Below are positions 1 through 10,484 of a stretch of DNA of 64,000 nucleotides, piece by piece. Each line of letters starts with the position of its first letter. The first letter of the stretch is position 1. The DNA is from Bacillus subtilis subsp. subtilis str. 168. Its GTDB lineage: Bacteria; Bacillota; Bacilli; Bacillales; Bacillaceae. The stretch is from NCBI RefSeq assembly GCF_000009045.1, contig NC_000964.3, forward strand, positions 1,488,001 to 1,552,000. Reading direction: 5' to 3'. A program made the translations under genes and the position numbers. The notes under the pieces are model-generated. The model did no database searches and was not told the origin of the DNA. It saw nothing but the letters and a program-made list of their open reading frames with translations.

Positions 1-397
1 AAAAGAAAAAAACCGGATGACGGCATCCATGCTCGTGTTCAATGAAAATTGGCTGGTGGCGGCGATGGGTTCTGTGAAAGGAAAGCACGGTGCTGTCACT
101 GTAAGGAATCTTTTGAATGGTGAAGAATTCACCATACAATCCAGTATGATCAGAAATGAAGAATCATTTCTTGATCTTTCAGAGGATGATGGCATTATAT
201 ATGTCACTACAACACAAGATGAAAATGGTTTTTCGAGAATTTACCAGGTTGATCTCGAAGCCCGGTCGTTAAAATGGTTCGATACCATTAAGGGACATGG
301 ATGGAGAGTGGCCAATCAGAAAGAGAATTTCTTTTGCGCAGGCTTGTATGAATGTAAATTTGTCCAGCCGTACGAAGTTTCAGCAATGATTCATTAG
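1..397 (+). CDS. ykuO: YkuO, uncharacterised protein of the ykuNOP flavodoxin operon (5'-truncated by window edge)
   Basis: Frame is open from the window edge (K-E-K-N-R-M...) to TAG at 395-397; lies directly upstream of flavodoxin ykuP. Confidence 0.8.
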   Translation, partial: KEKNRMTASMLVFNENWLVAAMGSVKGKHGAVTVRNLLNGEEFTIQSSMIRNEESFLDLSEDDGIIYVTTTQDENGFSRIYQVDLEARSLKWFDTIKGHGWRVANQKENFFCAGLYECKFVQPYEVSAMIH

Positions 398-412
398 AGG
401 AGGAACAAGGAA

Positions 413-868
413 TTGGCGAAGATTTTGCTCGTTTATGCAACAATGTCAGGCAACACTGAAGCTATGGCAGATTTGATTGAAAAGGGGCTTCAGGAGGCGT
501 TAGCAGAAGTAGACCGTTTCGAAGCAATGGATATTGATGATGCCCAGCTGTTTACCGATTATGACCATGTCATAATGGGAACCTACACGTGGGGAGACGG
601 AGATCTGCCTGATGAATTTTTAGATCTTGTTGAAGACATGGAGGAGATTGATTTTTCCGGCAAAACATGCGCTGTATTCGGTTCCGGTGATACAGCATAT
701 GAATTTTTCTGCGGAGCGGTTGATACGCTAGAGGCAAAAATAAAAGAACGCGGTGGAGACATTGTGCTGCCTTCGGTAAAAATCGAAAATAATCCAGAAG
801 GTGAAGAAGAGGAAGAATTAATAAACTTCGGGAGACAATTCGCAAAGAAAAGCGGGTGCGCTGTCTGA
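413..868 (+). CDS. ykuP: Short-chain flavodoxin
   Basis: FMN-binding motifs YATMSGNTE, TYTWGDG and VFGSGD; SD GAGGAGG before TTG. Confidence 0.95.
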   Translation: MAKILLVYATMSGNTEAMADLIEKGLQEALAEVDRFEAMDIDDAQLFTDYDHVIMGTYTWGDGDLPDEFLDLVEDMEEIDFSGKTCAVFGSGDTAYEFFCGAVDTLEAKIKERGGDIVLPSVKIENNPEGEEEEELINFGRQFAKKSGCAV

Positions 869-972
869 TCACTCACTGGGAACTGCTAAAACGGCTGTTC
901 CTTTTTTTCTTGTCTTTGTATCTTTCCTTTGATACAGTAATGAGGTAGAAAATCAGGAGGAGGACTATACAT

Positions 973-1683
973 ATGAAAATGATGGACGCAAATGAAATTA
1001 TTTCATTTATTCAAAATAGTACAAAATCTACACCTGTAAAGGTTTACGTGAAAGGTGAGCTGGAAGGAATCAATTTCGGTGAATCTGCGAAAGCTTTTAT
1101 CAATGGAAACACTGGTGTCGTTTTCGGTGAATGGAGCGAAATCCAAACAGCAATCGAAGAAAACCAAAGCAAAATCGAAGACTATGTGGTTGAAAATGAC
1201 CGCCGCAATTCTGCGATCCCAATGCTTGATCTTAAAAACATCAAAGCGCGTATCGAGCCGGGTGCGATCATCCGCGACCAAGTTGAAATCGGTGATAACG
1301 CAGTCATCATGATGGGTGCTTCTATTAATATCGGTTCAGTCATCGGCGAAGGCACAATGATTGATATGAACGTTGTGCTTGGCGGACGAGCTACTGTTGG
1401 AAAAAACTGCCATATCGGCGCGGGTTCTGTACTTGCGGGCGTTATTGAGCCGCCATCCGCTAAACCGGTTGTGATTGAAGACGACGTCGTAATCGGCGCA
1501 AATGCTGTTGTGCTTGAAGGTGTAACAGTAGGTAAAGGAGCTGTTGTTGCTGCGGGAGCGATCGTGGTAAACGACGTTGAGCCATACACTGTCGTTGCAG
1601 GCACACCAGCTAAAAAAATCAAAGACATTGATGAAAAAACAAAAGGCAAAACTGAAATCAAGCAGGAATTACGCCAGCTGTAA
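973..1683 (+). CDS. dapH: Tetrahydrodipicolinate N-acetyltransferase
   Basis: Hexapeptide-repeat left-handed beta-helix, [10 protein letters not shown] and GVIEPPSA; SD AGGAGG. Confidence 0.95.
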   Translation: MKMMDANEIISFIQNSTKSTPVKVYVKGELEGINFGESAKAFINGNTGVVFGEWSEIQTAIEENQSKIEDYVVENDRRNSAIPMLDLKNIKARIEPGAIIRDQVEIGDNAVIMMGASINIGSVIGEGTMIDMNVVLGGRATVGKNCHIGAGSVLAGVIEPPSAKPVVIEDDVVIGANAVVLEGVTVGKGAVVAAGAIVVNDVEPYTVVAGTPAKKIKDIDEKTKGKTEIKQELRQL

Positions 1684-1752
1684 GGAAAAGTTTGATAAAA
1701 AAGGCGTGGATAATATATCCACGCCTTATTCGTATAGGCAGGAGGAATAGAA

Positions 1753-2877
1753 ATGAAGATAGAGGAGCTCATCGCAATTCGCAGAGATCTGCATCGTATA
1801 CCGGAGCTTGGATTTCAGGAGTTCAAAACCCAGCAGTATTTATTAAATGTCTTGGAACAATATCCGCAAGACAGAATTGAAATTGAGAAATGGCGAACAG
1901 GGCTTTTTGTAAAAGTGAACGGGACGGCGCCGGAAAAAATGCTGGCATACAGAGCGGATATCGATGCGCTTTCTATAGAAGAGCAAACTGGTCTTCCATT
2001 CGCATCAGAGCATCACGGCAACATGCACGCCTGCGGTCACGATTTGCATATGACAATTGCACTCGGCATTATTGATCATTTTGTTCACCACCCAGTCAAA
2101 CATGATTTGCTTTTTCTGTTTCAGCCGGCAGAGGAAGGGCCTGGCGGTGCGGAACCAATGCTTGAGAGCGATGTATTAAAAAAATGGCAGCCTGATTTCA
2201 TCACTGCCCTTCATATTGCTCCAGAGCTTCCGGTAGGCACCATTGCGACAAAAAGCGGCCTTCTATTTGCGAATACATCAGAGCTAGTCATCGATCTGGA
2301 AGGCAAAGGGGGACATGCGGCATATCCGCATTTGGCTGAGGATATGGTTGTAGCAGCAAGTACACTTGTCACCCAGCTGCAAACGATTATCTCTAGAAAC
2401 ACAGATCCGCTAGACAGTGCTGTTATTACAGTTGGTACCATTACCGGAGGCTCGGCACAAAATATCATTGCAGAAACGGCCCACCTGGAAGGCACGATCC
2501 GCACGCTTTCTGAAGAATCGATGAAACAAGTAAAGGAACGGATTGAAGATGTAGTGAAAGGAATCGAAATCGGATTCCGCTGCAAAGGAAAAGTGACATA
2601 TCCGTCTGTATATCACCAAGTTTACAATACGAGCGGATTAACAGAAGAATTTATGTCTTTTGTTGCTGAACATCAACTGGCGACAGTAATTGAAGCAAAA
2701 GAAGCAATGACTGGAGAGGATTTTGGCTATATGCTGAAAAAATATCCCGGATTCATGTTCTGGCTCGGCGCTGATTCTGAACATGGGCTTCATCATGCTA
2801 AGCTGAATCCCGATGAAAATGCGATAGAAACAGCGGTTCATGTCATGACAGGTTATTTTTCTGTTTATGCCAATTAA
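1753..2877 (+). CDS. dapL: N-acetyl-diaminopimelate deacetylase (M20 amidohydrolase; YkuR)
   Basis: RADIDAL, MHACGHD and QPAEEG motifs; follows dapH. Confidence 0.9.
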
Positions 2878-2938
2878 GTACAAATGAAAGAATAAAATTC
2901 CATAAAATGAGCACTCTAGTAAACGGAGGTGTTCAAAA

Positions 2939-3184
2939 ATGGCTAAAAAAATTGGAATTGAACAATCGTTATCAGATGTAGAAGCTGCTTTAAAAGAAAA
3001 AGGATATGACGTTGTAATGATGAAAAGCCCTGCTGATGCTCAAGGCTGTGACTGCTGTGTCGTAACAGGTCTTGATAATAATGTGCAAGGGATAGCCGAT
3101 ACGGTAACACAAGCACCTGTCATTACAGCTTCCGGGATGACGGCTGAAGAAATTTGTAGCGAAGTTGAGAGCAGAATTCAGTAA
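2939..3184 (+). CDS. ykuS: YkuS, UPF0180 family protein
   Basis: 81 aa, SD GGAGGTG, recognised sequence, terminator follows. Confidence 0.85.
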   Translation: MAKKIGIEQSLSDVEAALKEKGYDVVMMKSPADAQGCDCCVVTGLDNNVQGIADTVTQAPVITASGMTAEEICSEVESRIQ

Positions 3185-3185
3185 T

Positions 3186-3218
3186 AAAAAAACCGAAGCA
3201 AAAAGCTTCGGTTCTTTT
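3186..3218. terminator. Bidirectional intrinsic terminator between ykuS and ykuT
   Basis: AACCGAAGC/GCTTCGGTT stem flanked by A- and T-tracts. Confidence 0.85.
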
Positions 3219-3220
3219 AT

Positions 3221-4024
3221 TTATTCTGTTTCTTTAGGGAAAGCGCGGTCGAACGCGTTCTTTATTTCTTTTCTCAACACTCGTTCGACTCGCCACTGTT
3301 CCATATTTTCTGTTTTGGCAATGACCCTGATTACAATTTCAGAAGTCCCCAGTTCTTGAATCCCGATGACATTTGGGCCTTCTTTTATTTGTGGAAGAGC
3401 CGCTGCCGTTTCATCACAAACCTGCTGTAAAATATGAATCATTTCATCAATATTTCTTTCAGCCGGCACTTTAATGTCAACAAGAGCCTGCATGGTACCA
3501 CGAGAATGATTGCTCACGTTTGTGATGTTTCTGTTGGGGATGTAATGCAGTGTTCCGTCAAAGCTGCGGATTTGAGTTGTCCTTAAGCCAACCTGCTCGA
3601 CAATTCCGTCAAAGGTGGAAACGGTAATATAATCTCCGACATCCAATTGTTTCTCAAGCAAAATAAAAAAACCTGTCACGATATCACTGACAAGCCCTTG
3701 GGCGCCAAATCCGACAGCCAGGCCGACGATTCCTGCCCCCGCTAAAAGAGCGCTTGGATCATAATGAAACAAATCTAGAACCATGACGAAAAATATGAAA
3801 ATCAATGTATAAGCAAATATGTTAAGAGTCAGGCTTCGGAGCGTATGTGCACGTCCGATAGACAAGCTATTCTGCTCCTCGAATTTTGCAAACAGATGTT
3901 TAATGATTTTCATGCCTAATGATCGAACGATAAAATAGAGCAATATCATAATGGCGAGTTTAATGAGCAGAACACCGGCATTTGTAATCAGTCCCGCCCA
4001 ATCATATTGTTTAATAAAGTCCAT
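3221..4024 (-). CDS. ykuT: Small-conductance mechanosensitive channel (MscS family)
   Basis: [28 protein letters not shown] and HYIPN motifs; SD AGGAG precedes ATG at 4024. Confidence 0.93.
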
Positions 4025-4066
4025 GTTGAGCTCCTTTTCTAATTGATTGCTGCACATTGAGACTAG

Positions 4067-4092
4067 TTACCCTGTACATGACCATGTTAAAC
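4067..4092 (-). promoter_or_regulatory. SigB promoter of ykuT
   Basis: Minus strand GTTTAA-N14-GGGTAA, an exact SigB consensus match. Confidence 0.8.
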
Positions 4093-4106
4093 GTTTTATT
4101 CAAAAA

Positions 4107-4113
4107 TGTCGAA
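4107..4113 (+). promoter_or_regulatory. Spo0A box (0A box)
   Basis: TGTCGAA in the ykuT/ahpA divergent region; a 7-mer can occur by chance. Confidence 0.4.
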
Positions 4114-4141
4114 GCCAAAGACATACATGATTTGTTAAAAA

Positions 4142-4170
4142 TTGACTCAGGAAATCTGCTTTTATATAAT
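4142..4170 (+). promoter_or_regulatory. SigA promoter of ahpA-ahpT
   Basis: TTGACT-N17-TATAAT. Confidence 0.8.
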
Positions 4171-4260
4171 GGCATTGCAATATAACTAAAAATGGTTAAT
4201 CACCCTTTATTTTCATGCGATTTTGACCTTTAAGCCAAACAATAAATTGGAGGGATACAT

Positions 4261-4803
4261 ATGGCAGAACGTATGGTAGGTAAACAAGCTCCTCGTTTTG
4301 AAATGGAAGCAGTCCTTGCAAGCAAAGAATTCGGCAAAGTAAGTCTTGAGGAAAACATGAAAAACGACAAATGGACAGTGCTGTTCTTCTATCCAATGGA
4401 CTTCACTTTTGTTTGTCCGACAGAAATTACAGCAATGTCTGACCGCTATGACGAGTTCGAAGATCTTGATGCAGAAGTCATCGGGGTTTCAACTGATACC
4501 ATCCATACTCATTTAGCTTGGATCAATACAGACCGCAAAGAAAACGGTCTTGGCCAGCTGAAATACCCGCTTGCTGCTGATACAAACCATGAGGTATCCC
4601 GGGAATATGGCGTTTTAATCGAAGAAGAAGGTGTGGCTTTGCGCGGATTGTTTATTATTAATCCTGAAGGGGAGCTTCAATATCAAACTGTTTTCCATAA
4701 CAACATTGGGCGTGATGTTGATGAAACGCTTCGTGTTCTCCAGGCGCTGCAAACTGGCGGACTCTGTCCGGCTAACTGGAAACCAGGCCAAAAAACACTT
4801 TAA
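4261..4803 (+). CDS. ahpA: 2-Cys peroxiredoxin (YkuU)
   Basis: Peroxidatic FTFVCPTE and resolving GLCPANW motifs. Confidence 0.95.
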   Translation: MAERMVGKQAPRFEMEAVLASKEFGKVSLEENMKNDKWTVLFFYPMDFTFVCPTEITAMSDRYDEFEDLDAEVIGVSTDTIHTHLAWINTDRKENGLGQLKYPLAADTNHEVSREYGVLIEEEGVALRGLFIINPEGELQYQTVFHNNIGRDVDETLRVLQALQTGGLCPANWKPGQKTL

Positions 4804-4874
4804 TTCTTTCCAAGAACGAAAAGCGGTCTAGCATATTCGTTAGGCCTCTCTTTTAAAATAGGAGGGAAAAAGCA

Positions 4875-5321
4875 ATGAAATTACGTCAGCCCATGCCGGA
4901 ATTGACGGGAGAAAAAGCTTGGTTAAATGGTGAAGTGACGAGAGAGCAATTGATTGGGGAAAAGCCGACGCTTATTCATTTCTGGTCCATCAGCTGCCAC
5001 TTGTGCAAAGAAGCGATGCCGCAAGTGAATGAATTTCGTGATAAATATCAAGATCAGCTGAATGTTGTAGCTGTACACATGCCCCGTTCCGAAGATGATC
5101 TTGACCCTGGTAAAATTAAAGAAACAGCTGCTGAACACGATATCACTCAGCCGATTTTTGTTGACAGTGACCATGCTTTAACCGATGCATTTGAAAATGA
5201 ATATGTACCTGCATATTATGTGTTTGATAAAACAGGACAGCTCCGTCACTTCCAAGCCGGCGGGAGCGGTATGAAAATGCTTGAAAAACGTGTGAACCGC
5301 GTTCTGGCTGAAACGGAATAG
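4875..5321 (+). CDS. ahpT: Thioredoxin-like thiol-disulfide oxidoreductase (YkuV)
   Basis: FWSISCHLC CxxC motif, YVPAYY cis-Pro loop; follows ahpA. Confidence 0.9.
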   Translation: MKLRQPMPELTGEKAWLNGEVTREQLIGEKPTLIHFWSISCHLCKEAMPQVNEFRDKYQDQLNVVAVHMPRSEDDLDPGKIKETAAEHDITQPIFVDSDHALTDAFENEYVPAYYVFDKTGQLRHFQAGGSGMKMLEKRVNRVLAETE

Positions 5322-5345
5322 GTATCTGACTAAATAGTATTTCCT

Positions 5346-5371
5346 AAAAACCTGACCTCATCAGGTTTTTT
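5346..5371 (+). terminator. Intrinsic terminator after ahpT
   Basis: AAAAACCTGA/TCAGGTTTTT inverted repeat. Confidence 0.8.
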
Positions 5372-5786
5372 ATTTGTGCAAAAAGCAATGGAAGAAGAGT
5401 AAGAAGCTTATTTTTCCAAATTTGGGTATAGGAATTGATGATTTGTTTGATTGATACGCTAAAAAACACAGCTAATTTTTGATGTTTTTCCTCAATTTTA
5501 GATAAATCTCATATCTCATAACTCGAAAATTGTAGATATTACACTAAATTTCTTTAAAGAAGTAAGTAAAATATATATTTTCAACATTATACCAAATAAA
5601 CTAGAAAGCCCCTTAATCCCTTGAGAATAAAGGACTCTTTTGAAAAATAAAACATTTTCAGAAAATAAGGAATTTTTCATAGAGTAAATATAATAGTAAA
5701 ATGCTAAAATAATAGTTGATAAAATTACTTTTGTAATCTAATATCTTAATTAAAGATGTTAATTTTGATAGGGGGTACATTGAGGA

Positions 5787-6362
5787 ATGTTTAATGAAAG
5801 AGAAGCTTTGCGCTTGCGGTTAGAACAATTAAATGAAGCTGAAGTGAAAGTCATTCGTGAATATCAAATTGAACGTGATAAAATATACGCAAAATTAAGA
5901 GAGCTGGACAGAAATGGAAGCCCTTCCGAAATCAAAAAGGATTTCCGTTCTGAAAAAAAACCTGACTCTCTGCCGGTTCTCGCTGAGCTTGCGGCTCAGG
6001 AAATCAGAAGCTATCAGCCGCAATCACAGCAGCAGTCTGTTCAGCCTCAGCTTCAATCTATTTCCTCTCTTCCTGCCGGTATACCAGACGGAACAACACG
6101 AAGAAGAAGAGGAACGGCAAGACCGGGATCAAAAGCAGCTAAGCTGCGTGAAGCTGCTATTAAAACATTAAAACGCCACAACGCGGCGATTAAGAGCTCG
6201 GAGCTTCAAAAAGAGATTGAAAAAGAAAGCGGTCTTGAAATCCCTAATATGACAACGTTTATGCAAAGCTTAATTAAAATGTACCCGGAAGTGAAAAAGC
6301 CATATCGCGGGCAGTACATTTTAGAGGGTGAAATCGAATCTGCAGAATCAGCAAACGAATAA
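5787..6362 (+). CDS. rok: Rok, repressor of comK and AT-rich DNA-binding xenogeneic silencer
   Basis: Recognised 191-aa sequence: N-terminal coiled coil, Q-rich linker, C-terminal winged helix (NMTTFM...KPYRGQY). Confidence 0.95.
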   Translation: MFNEREALRLRLEQLNEAEVKVIREYQIERDKIYAKLRELDRNGSPSEIKKDFRSEKKPDSLPVLAELAAQEIRSYQPQSQQQSVQPQLQSISSLPAGIPDGTTRRRRGTARPGSKAAKLREAAIKTLKRHNAAIKSSELQKEIEKESGLEIPNMTTFMQSLIKMYPEVKKPYRGQYILEGEIESAESANE

Positions 6363-6370
6363 ATATAAAG

Positions 6371-6404
6371 AAAAACTGCTTGGCATCGCTCAAGCAGTTT
6401 TTTT
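6371..6404. terminator. Bidirectional terminator between rok and yknT
   Basis: AAAAACTGCTTG/CAAGCAGTTTTT. Confidence 0.85.
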
Positions 6405-7368
6405 ATTGAGGTTTTTTCTGTGAAGGTTTGTTTTCTTTTTCAAGATTAAGCTTATACACCCACTTTTGATAAGGCTTTTCTTCAGCGGCTCTGTTTTTCA
6501 GCTCTTCGATTGTATGGCTCTTGGCCTGGTCTGATGATTGGGCGTGGGCAAGCTGTTTTTGAAGCACATGTATCTGTTTGGTGACATCTTCAAGGATAGT
6601 CTCTACATGATTTGGCTGCGCGTAGGCCGCTGGAGCTTCTTCTTCCGTTTTTTCTTTTTGTTTCGTGCCGCCATCAATATCGGCAAAATGAGAAGCAATC
6701 CAGGCATCGCTTTCATCAAGTTGCCGTTTATACGATATAATAGTTTCGTGAAATAATTTTTCTTTCGTTTTTTCTATGTCTAGCAGTCTTTCTTTCGTTT
6801 CTATGATTCGATCTTTCATATGATCAACTTCTATTTTAATATGTTTTAGCTGATATTCTTTTTCTACCATTTGCTCTTTTAGACGCCCGTTTTCGGCTTT
6901 TATCAATTCGGCTTGCTGTTTTGCCTGAAGCAGTGCATTTTGTTCCTGCTCAATTGAGGCTTGAAGTTCGCTGATCCGTTTATGAAGATTTTTATTTTCT
7001 TCTTCGATTTTGACTTTCGCAATATGAAGTTTATGTTTTTCTTCGATTTCGGCTCTGCGTTTATAGGTTTCAGCAGATAGAAGCTCCTGCAAAACAACGA
7101 TTTTATCAAGCAGTTCAGCTCTTATTTGGTGCAGGGTTTGGCTGGTGTGGGAGGCATGTTTTTCTTTTGTTGACATATGTGTTAATTCGGCAGACAGCTG
7201 CTGGAGTTTTTCTTTCATATCGGTATTTTCTTTGAGCAGTTTGTTATTTTTCTGATGAAAGTAGCTTGCTTCAAGTTCAGAAATCAGCTTATGGCACCTT
7301 GAAAGCTCGGATTTTAAATAAAGGTTCTCCTGAGACACGTCGTGGAAAAAAGGACCTGATCTTTTCAT
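6403..7368 (-). CDS. yknT: Sporulation coiled-coil protein Cse15
   Basis: Long K/E/Q-rich heptad protein; start set at ATG 7368 (7386 possible). Confidence 0.8.
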   Translation of the reverse strand: MKRSGPFFHDVSQENLYLKSELSRCHKLISELEASYFHQKNNKLLKENTDMKEKLQQLSAELTHMSTKEKHASHTSQTLHQIRAELLDKIVVLQELLSAETYKRRAEIEEKHKLHIAKVKIEEENKNLHKRISELQASIEQEQNALLQAKQQAELIKAENGRLKEQMVEKEYQLKHIKIEVDHMKDRIIETKERLLDIEKTKEKLFHETIISYKRQLDESDAWIASHFADIDGGTKQKEKTEEEAPAAYAQPNHVETILEDVTKQIHVLQKQLAHAQSSDQAKSHTIEELKNRAAEEKPYQKWVYKLNLEKENKPSQKKPQ

Positions 7369-7504
7369 TCGAACCATCTCCCTCATGATGTTAACACTAC
7401 AATATGCAAATACTGAACAGCTATTCCTCTTTAATAAACAGACAAGCAGTAGCGTTGAGCCTTTGCTTTTGCTATGCTTTTAACGAAACTAGAGGTGAGA
7501 TGAT

Positions 7505-8104
7505 ATGAAGCATGTAAACGTACTGCTGGCAGGGGGAGCCTCACGTCGCTTTGGAGAACCGAAGGCGTTTGTCAAATGGAAGGGCAGGATGCTTTACGAA
7601 TGCGCTAAAGAGGCACTTGGAGAACAAACGGTTATCATCAGCCGTCCCGAATTTATTGATAGATTTCAAGAAAACGGTGAAAATGAAGTGTATCAAGATG
7701 CTGAGCCATTTCAAGGCATGGGGCCATTGGCTGGTATATATACCGCTTTTAAAAAGACAGACGGTGATCTTTATACTGTTCTTTCCTGTGACACACCGCT
7801 GATACAAAGAAGGACGATGCTGGAGCTCAAACGTCTGATGATTGCCGGTGCGGACGCGGTAGTCCCAATTTCAGACGGACAAGTGCAGCCATTGATTGCG
7901 ATTTACCACAAACGTATCATGCCAGTTCTATACGATCAGCTTTCTGAGAAGAGGTTGAGAATATCAGATTTATTAGGCAGAATTTCGGTTTGTTACGTAC
8001 AGGCTGAAAATATCGGAGCAAACCCGGCAGAGTTTATCAACATTAATACACGTGATGATTTTAGCTGTTTGGAAGAAAAATCGAACTCCCTCAAGCGGGA
8101 CTGA
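7505..8104 (+). CDS. mobA: Molybdenum cofactor guanylyltransferase
   Basis: LLAGGASRRFG, GPLAGI and SCDTP motifs. Confidence 0.95.
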   Translation: MKHVNVLLAGGASRRFGEPKAFVKWKGRMLYECAKEALGEQTVIISRPEFIDRFQENGENEVYQDAEPFQGMGPLAGIYTAFKKTDGDLYTVLSCDTPLIQRRTMLELKRLMIAGADAVVPISDGQVQPLIAIYHKRIMPVLYDQLSEKRLRISDLLGRISVCYVQAENIGANPAEFININTRDDFSCLEEKSNSLKRD

Positions 8105-8154
8105 CGGGGCAATAACATGATAAGATGACATAAAAGATAAGGAGAACAGGTTTG

Positions 8155-9174
8155 ATGGAGGAACGTTATTCACGGCAAATCAGATTTAAGCAAATTGGGG
8201 AAGAGGGCCAGAAAAGACTGGCAGACAGCCATGTGCTGATTGTCGGAGCGGGAGCGCTCGGCACTGCAGGAGCTGAAGGGCTTTCGAGAGCGGGAGTCGG
8301 TACGATTACCATTATTGACCGTGACTATGTGGAGTGGAGCAATCTTCAAAGGCAGCAGCTTTATACAGAAAGCGATGCCAAACTCCGCATGCCGAAAGCC
8401 ATGGCTGCCAAAGAGCATCTATCAGCGATTAACAGCGAGATACATATTGAGGCGTATGTTACCGAAGGAACAGCCGAAACGCTTGAGCCGCTGATTGAAA
8501 AAGCAGATGTCGTGATCGACGCGACAGATAATTTTGAAACCCGCATGCTGATAAACGATCTTGCCCAGAAAACAAAGACACCTTGGGTCTATGGCGCCTG
8601 TGTAAGCAGCCAGGGAATGTTCATGACTGTCATTCCCGGAGAAACCCCTTGTCTGTCTTGTTTGTTTGAGCAAATTCCTGTCGGCGGGGCGACGTGTGAT
8701 ACTGCCGGCATTATTCCGCCTGCTGTGCATATCGTTTCAGCATATCAGCAGGCTGAGGCATTAAAGCTGTTAACCGGCCAAAAAGAAGCAATACAGCGGG
8801 GGTTTGTGACATTTGATGTCTGGAACAATTCGCATATGAAGATTAACGTTAATCATGTACGCCGTGAGGAATGCCCATCTTGCGGAGCTAATGCGGTATA
8901 TCCTTATCTTCAGGATTGGAACACACCAAAAGCTGCTGTACTATGCGGCCGTGATACAGTGCAGGTAAGGTCAGAATCATTAAAAAGAATCCCGAAACAG
9001 GAGCTCATTAAGCGGCTGAAAACAATCGGCAAGGTCGAGGCTAATGCGTTTTTGCTGCATATTTTTTACGAGGATTTCAGAATTGTCATTTTCAATGACG
9101 GACGGGCACTGGTGCATGGAACAAATGATGTGAAAGAAGCCAACTCCGTGTTGGCAAGAGTGATTGGACTGTAA
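8155..9174 (+). CDS. moeB: Molybdopterin synthase adenylyltransferase (ThiF/MoeB family)
   Basis: RYSRQI, GAGALG, SNLQRQ and two CxxC Zn motifs; TTG at 8152 is an alternative start. Confidence 0.93.
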
Positions 9175-9191
9175 CAACAGGAGGGGTCAGA

Positions 9192-10484
9192 ATGCTGGAG
9201 AAAAGAACACCGATACCGGTAGACGAGGCAGTTCGGCGTGTCTGCCATTTTCAAAAACAAGGTGAAACAGAATGGGTGGCGCTTGAAGACAGCCTTCATC
9301 GGTTTTTAGCCGAAGATATAACTGCGGATCACCACGTACCTGCGTTTGACCGTTCGCCATACGATGGTTTTGCTGTCAGAGCGTGCGATACGGCAGAAGC
9401 TTCACGTGAAAACCCAGTTCGGTTTGAAGTTATTGACCATATTGGAGCGGGAGCAGTATCTGAAAAAGAACTTGGCCCGTTTCAGGCCGTGCGGATTATG
9501 ACTGGCGCGCAAATCCCTGAAGGGGCAGATGCAGTCGTCATGATTGAACTGACTCAAGCCTTTGAGGAGAATGGGAAGTCATTTATGTCTTTAAAACGCC
9601 GCTTTCAGACGGGGGATAATATTTCAAAAACAGGTGAGGACGCTCAAAAAGGGAGTGTTTTACTGACAAAGGGCACCCGGGTGACACCAGGAGTGACGGC
9701 TCTTTTGGCAACATTCGGATACGCATCTGTGCCTGTCGTGAGAAAGCCTGTAGTCGGGATTATCGCAACCGGTACCGAATTGCTGAATGTCAGTGATCCG
9801 CTGGAACCGGGAAAAATCCGCAACAGCAATGCGAGTATGGTATATGCGCAAGCGATAGAAGCAGGCGCAACACCGCTTTATTTAGGGAAAATCTCTGATG
9901 AACTGGATAAAAGCTTTGCTGCAGTTAAAGAAGCGATGAAAAAGGTGGACTTCCTGATCACAACTGGCGGTGTGTCAGTCGGTGACTTTGACTTTTTGCC
10001 TGCGATCTATGAAAAACTCGGAGCGGACGTGCTGTTTAATAAAGTTGCCATGCGCCCGGGCAGCGTGACAACGGTGGCGCATGCAAACGATATGCTGCTG
10101 TTTGGCCTTTCAGGTAATCCGTCGGCATGCTATGTCGGTTTTGAACTGTTTGTCAAACCGATAATCCAGACATGGCTGCTCAATGAAACACCGCATTCAA
10201 TTTGTGCGGAAGCTGTTTTGACCAAGGATTTTCCGAAGCCGAACCCATTTACCCGATTTGTTCGTGCGCTCGTGCACCATCAGGAAGGGAAGCTGTTGGC
10301 GACACCCGTTGGCTTAGATAAGTCGAGCTCTGTCACATCACTTGCAGATGCCAATGCATTTATTATCCTGCCGGGCGGTACGCGAGGCTACGAATCTGGC
10401 AGAACGGTTCAAGTGCTGCTCATCAGAGAAGAGAATGGAAGTGAATGGCCTTGGTCCGTCCTTTCCCGATCGTCCAAGTTGTAG
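9192..10484 (+). CDS. moeA: Molybdopterin molybdotransferase
   Basis: DRSPYDGFAV, RIMTGA, TTGGVSVGDFD and GLSGNP motifs. Confidence 0.95.
   Translation: MLEKRTPIPVDEAVRRVCHFQKQGETEWVALEDSLHRFLAEDITADHHVPAFDRSPYDGFAVRACDTAEASRENPVRFEVIDHIGAGAVSEKELGPFQAVRIMTGAQIPEGADAVVMIELTQAFEENGKSFMSLKRRFQTGDNISKTGEDAQKGSVLLTKGTRVTPGVTALLATFGYASVPVVRKPVVGIIATGTELLNVSDPLEPGKIRNSNASMVYAQAIEAGATPLYLGKISDELDKSFAAVKEAMKKVDFLITTGGVSVGDFDFLPAIYEKLGADVLFNKVAMRPGSVTTVAHANDMLLFGLSGNPSACYVGFELFVKPIIQTWLLNETPHSICAEAVLTKDFPKPNPFTRFVRALVHHQEGKLLATPVGLDKSSSVTSLADANAFIILPGGTRGYESGRTVQVLLIREENGSEWPWSVLSRSSKL

Noticed and set aside
1182-1772. 196-aa minus-strand ORF antisense to dapH
   Set aside because: Shadow ORF from the Val/Ala/Gly/Ile codon bias of hexapeptide repeats; S/T/P-rich, with no SD or domain.
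5640-5687. 15-aa TTG ORF (MKNKTFSENKEFFIE) upstream of rok
   Set aside because: Weak SD with short spacing in very AT-rich DNA where such ORFs arise by chance.
10445-10484. 40-nt moeA/mobB overlap as a possible frameshift
   Set aside because: Both proteins have complete motifs; simple gene overlap is sufficient.
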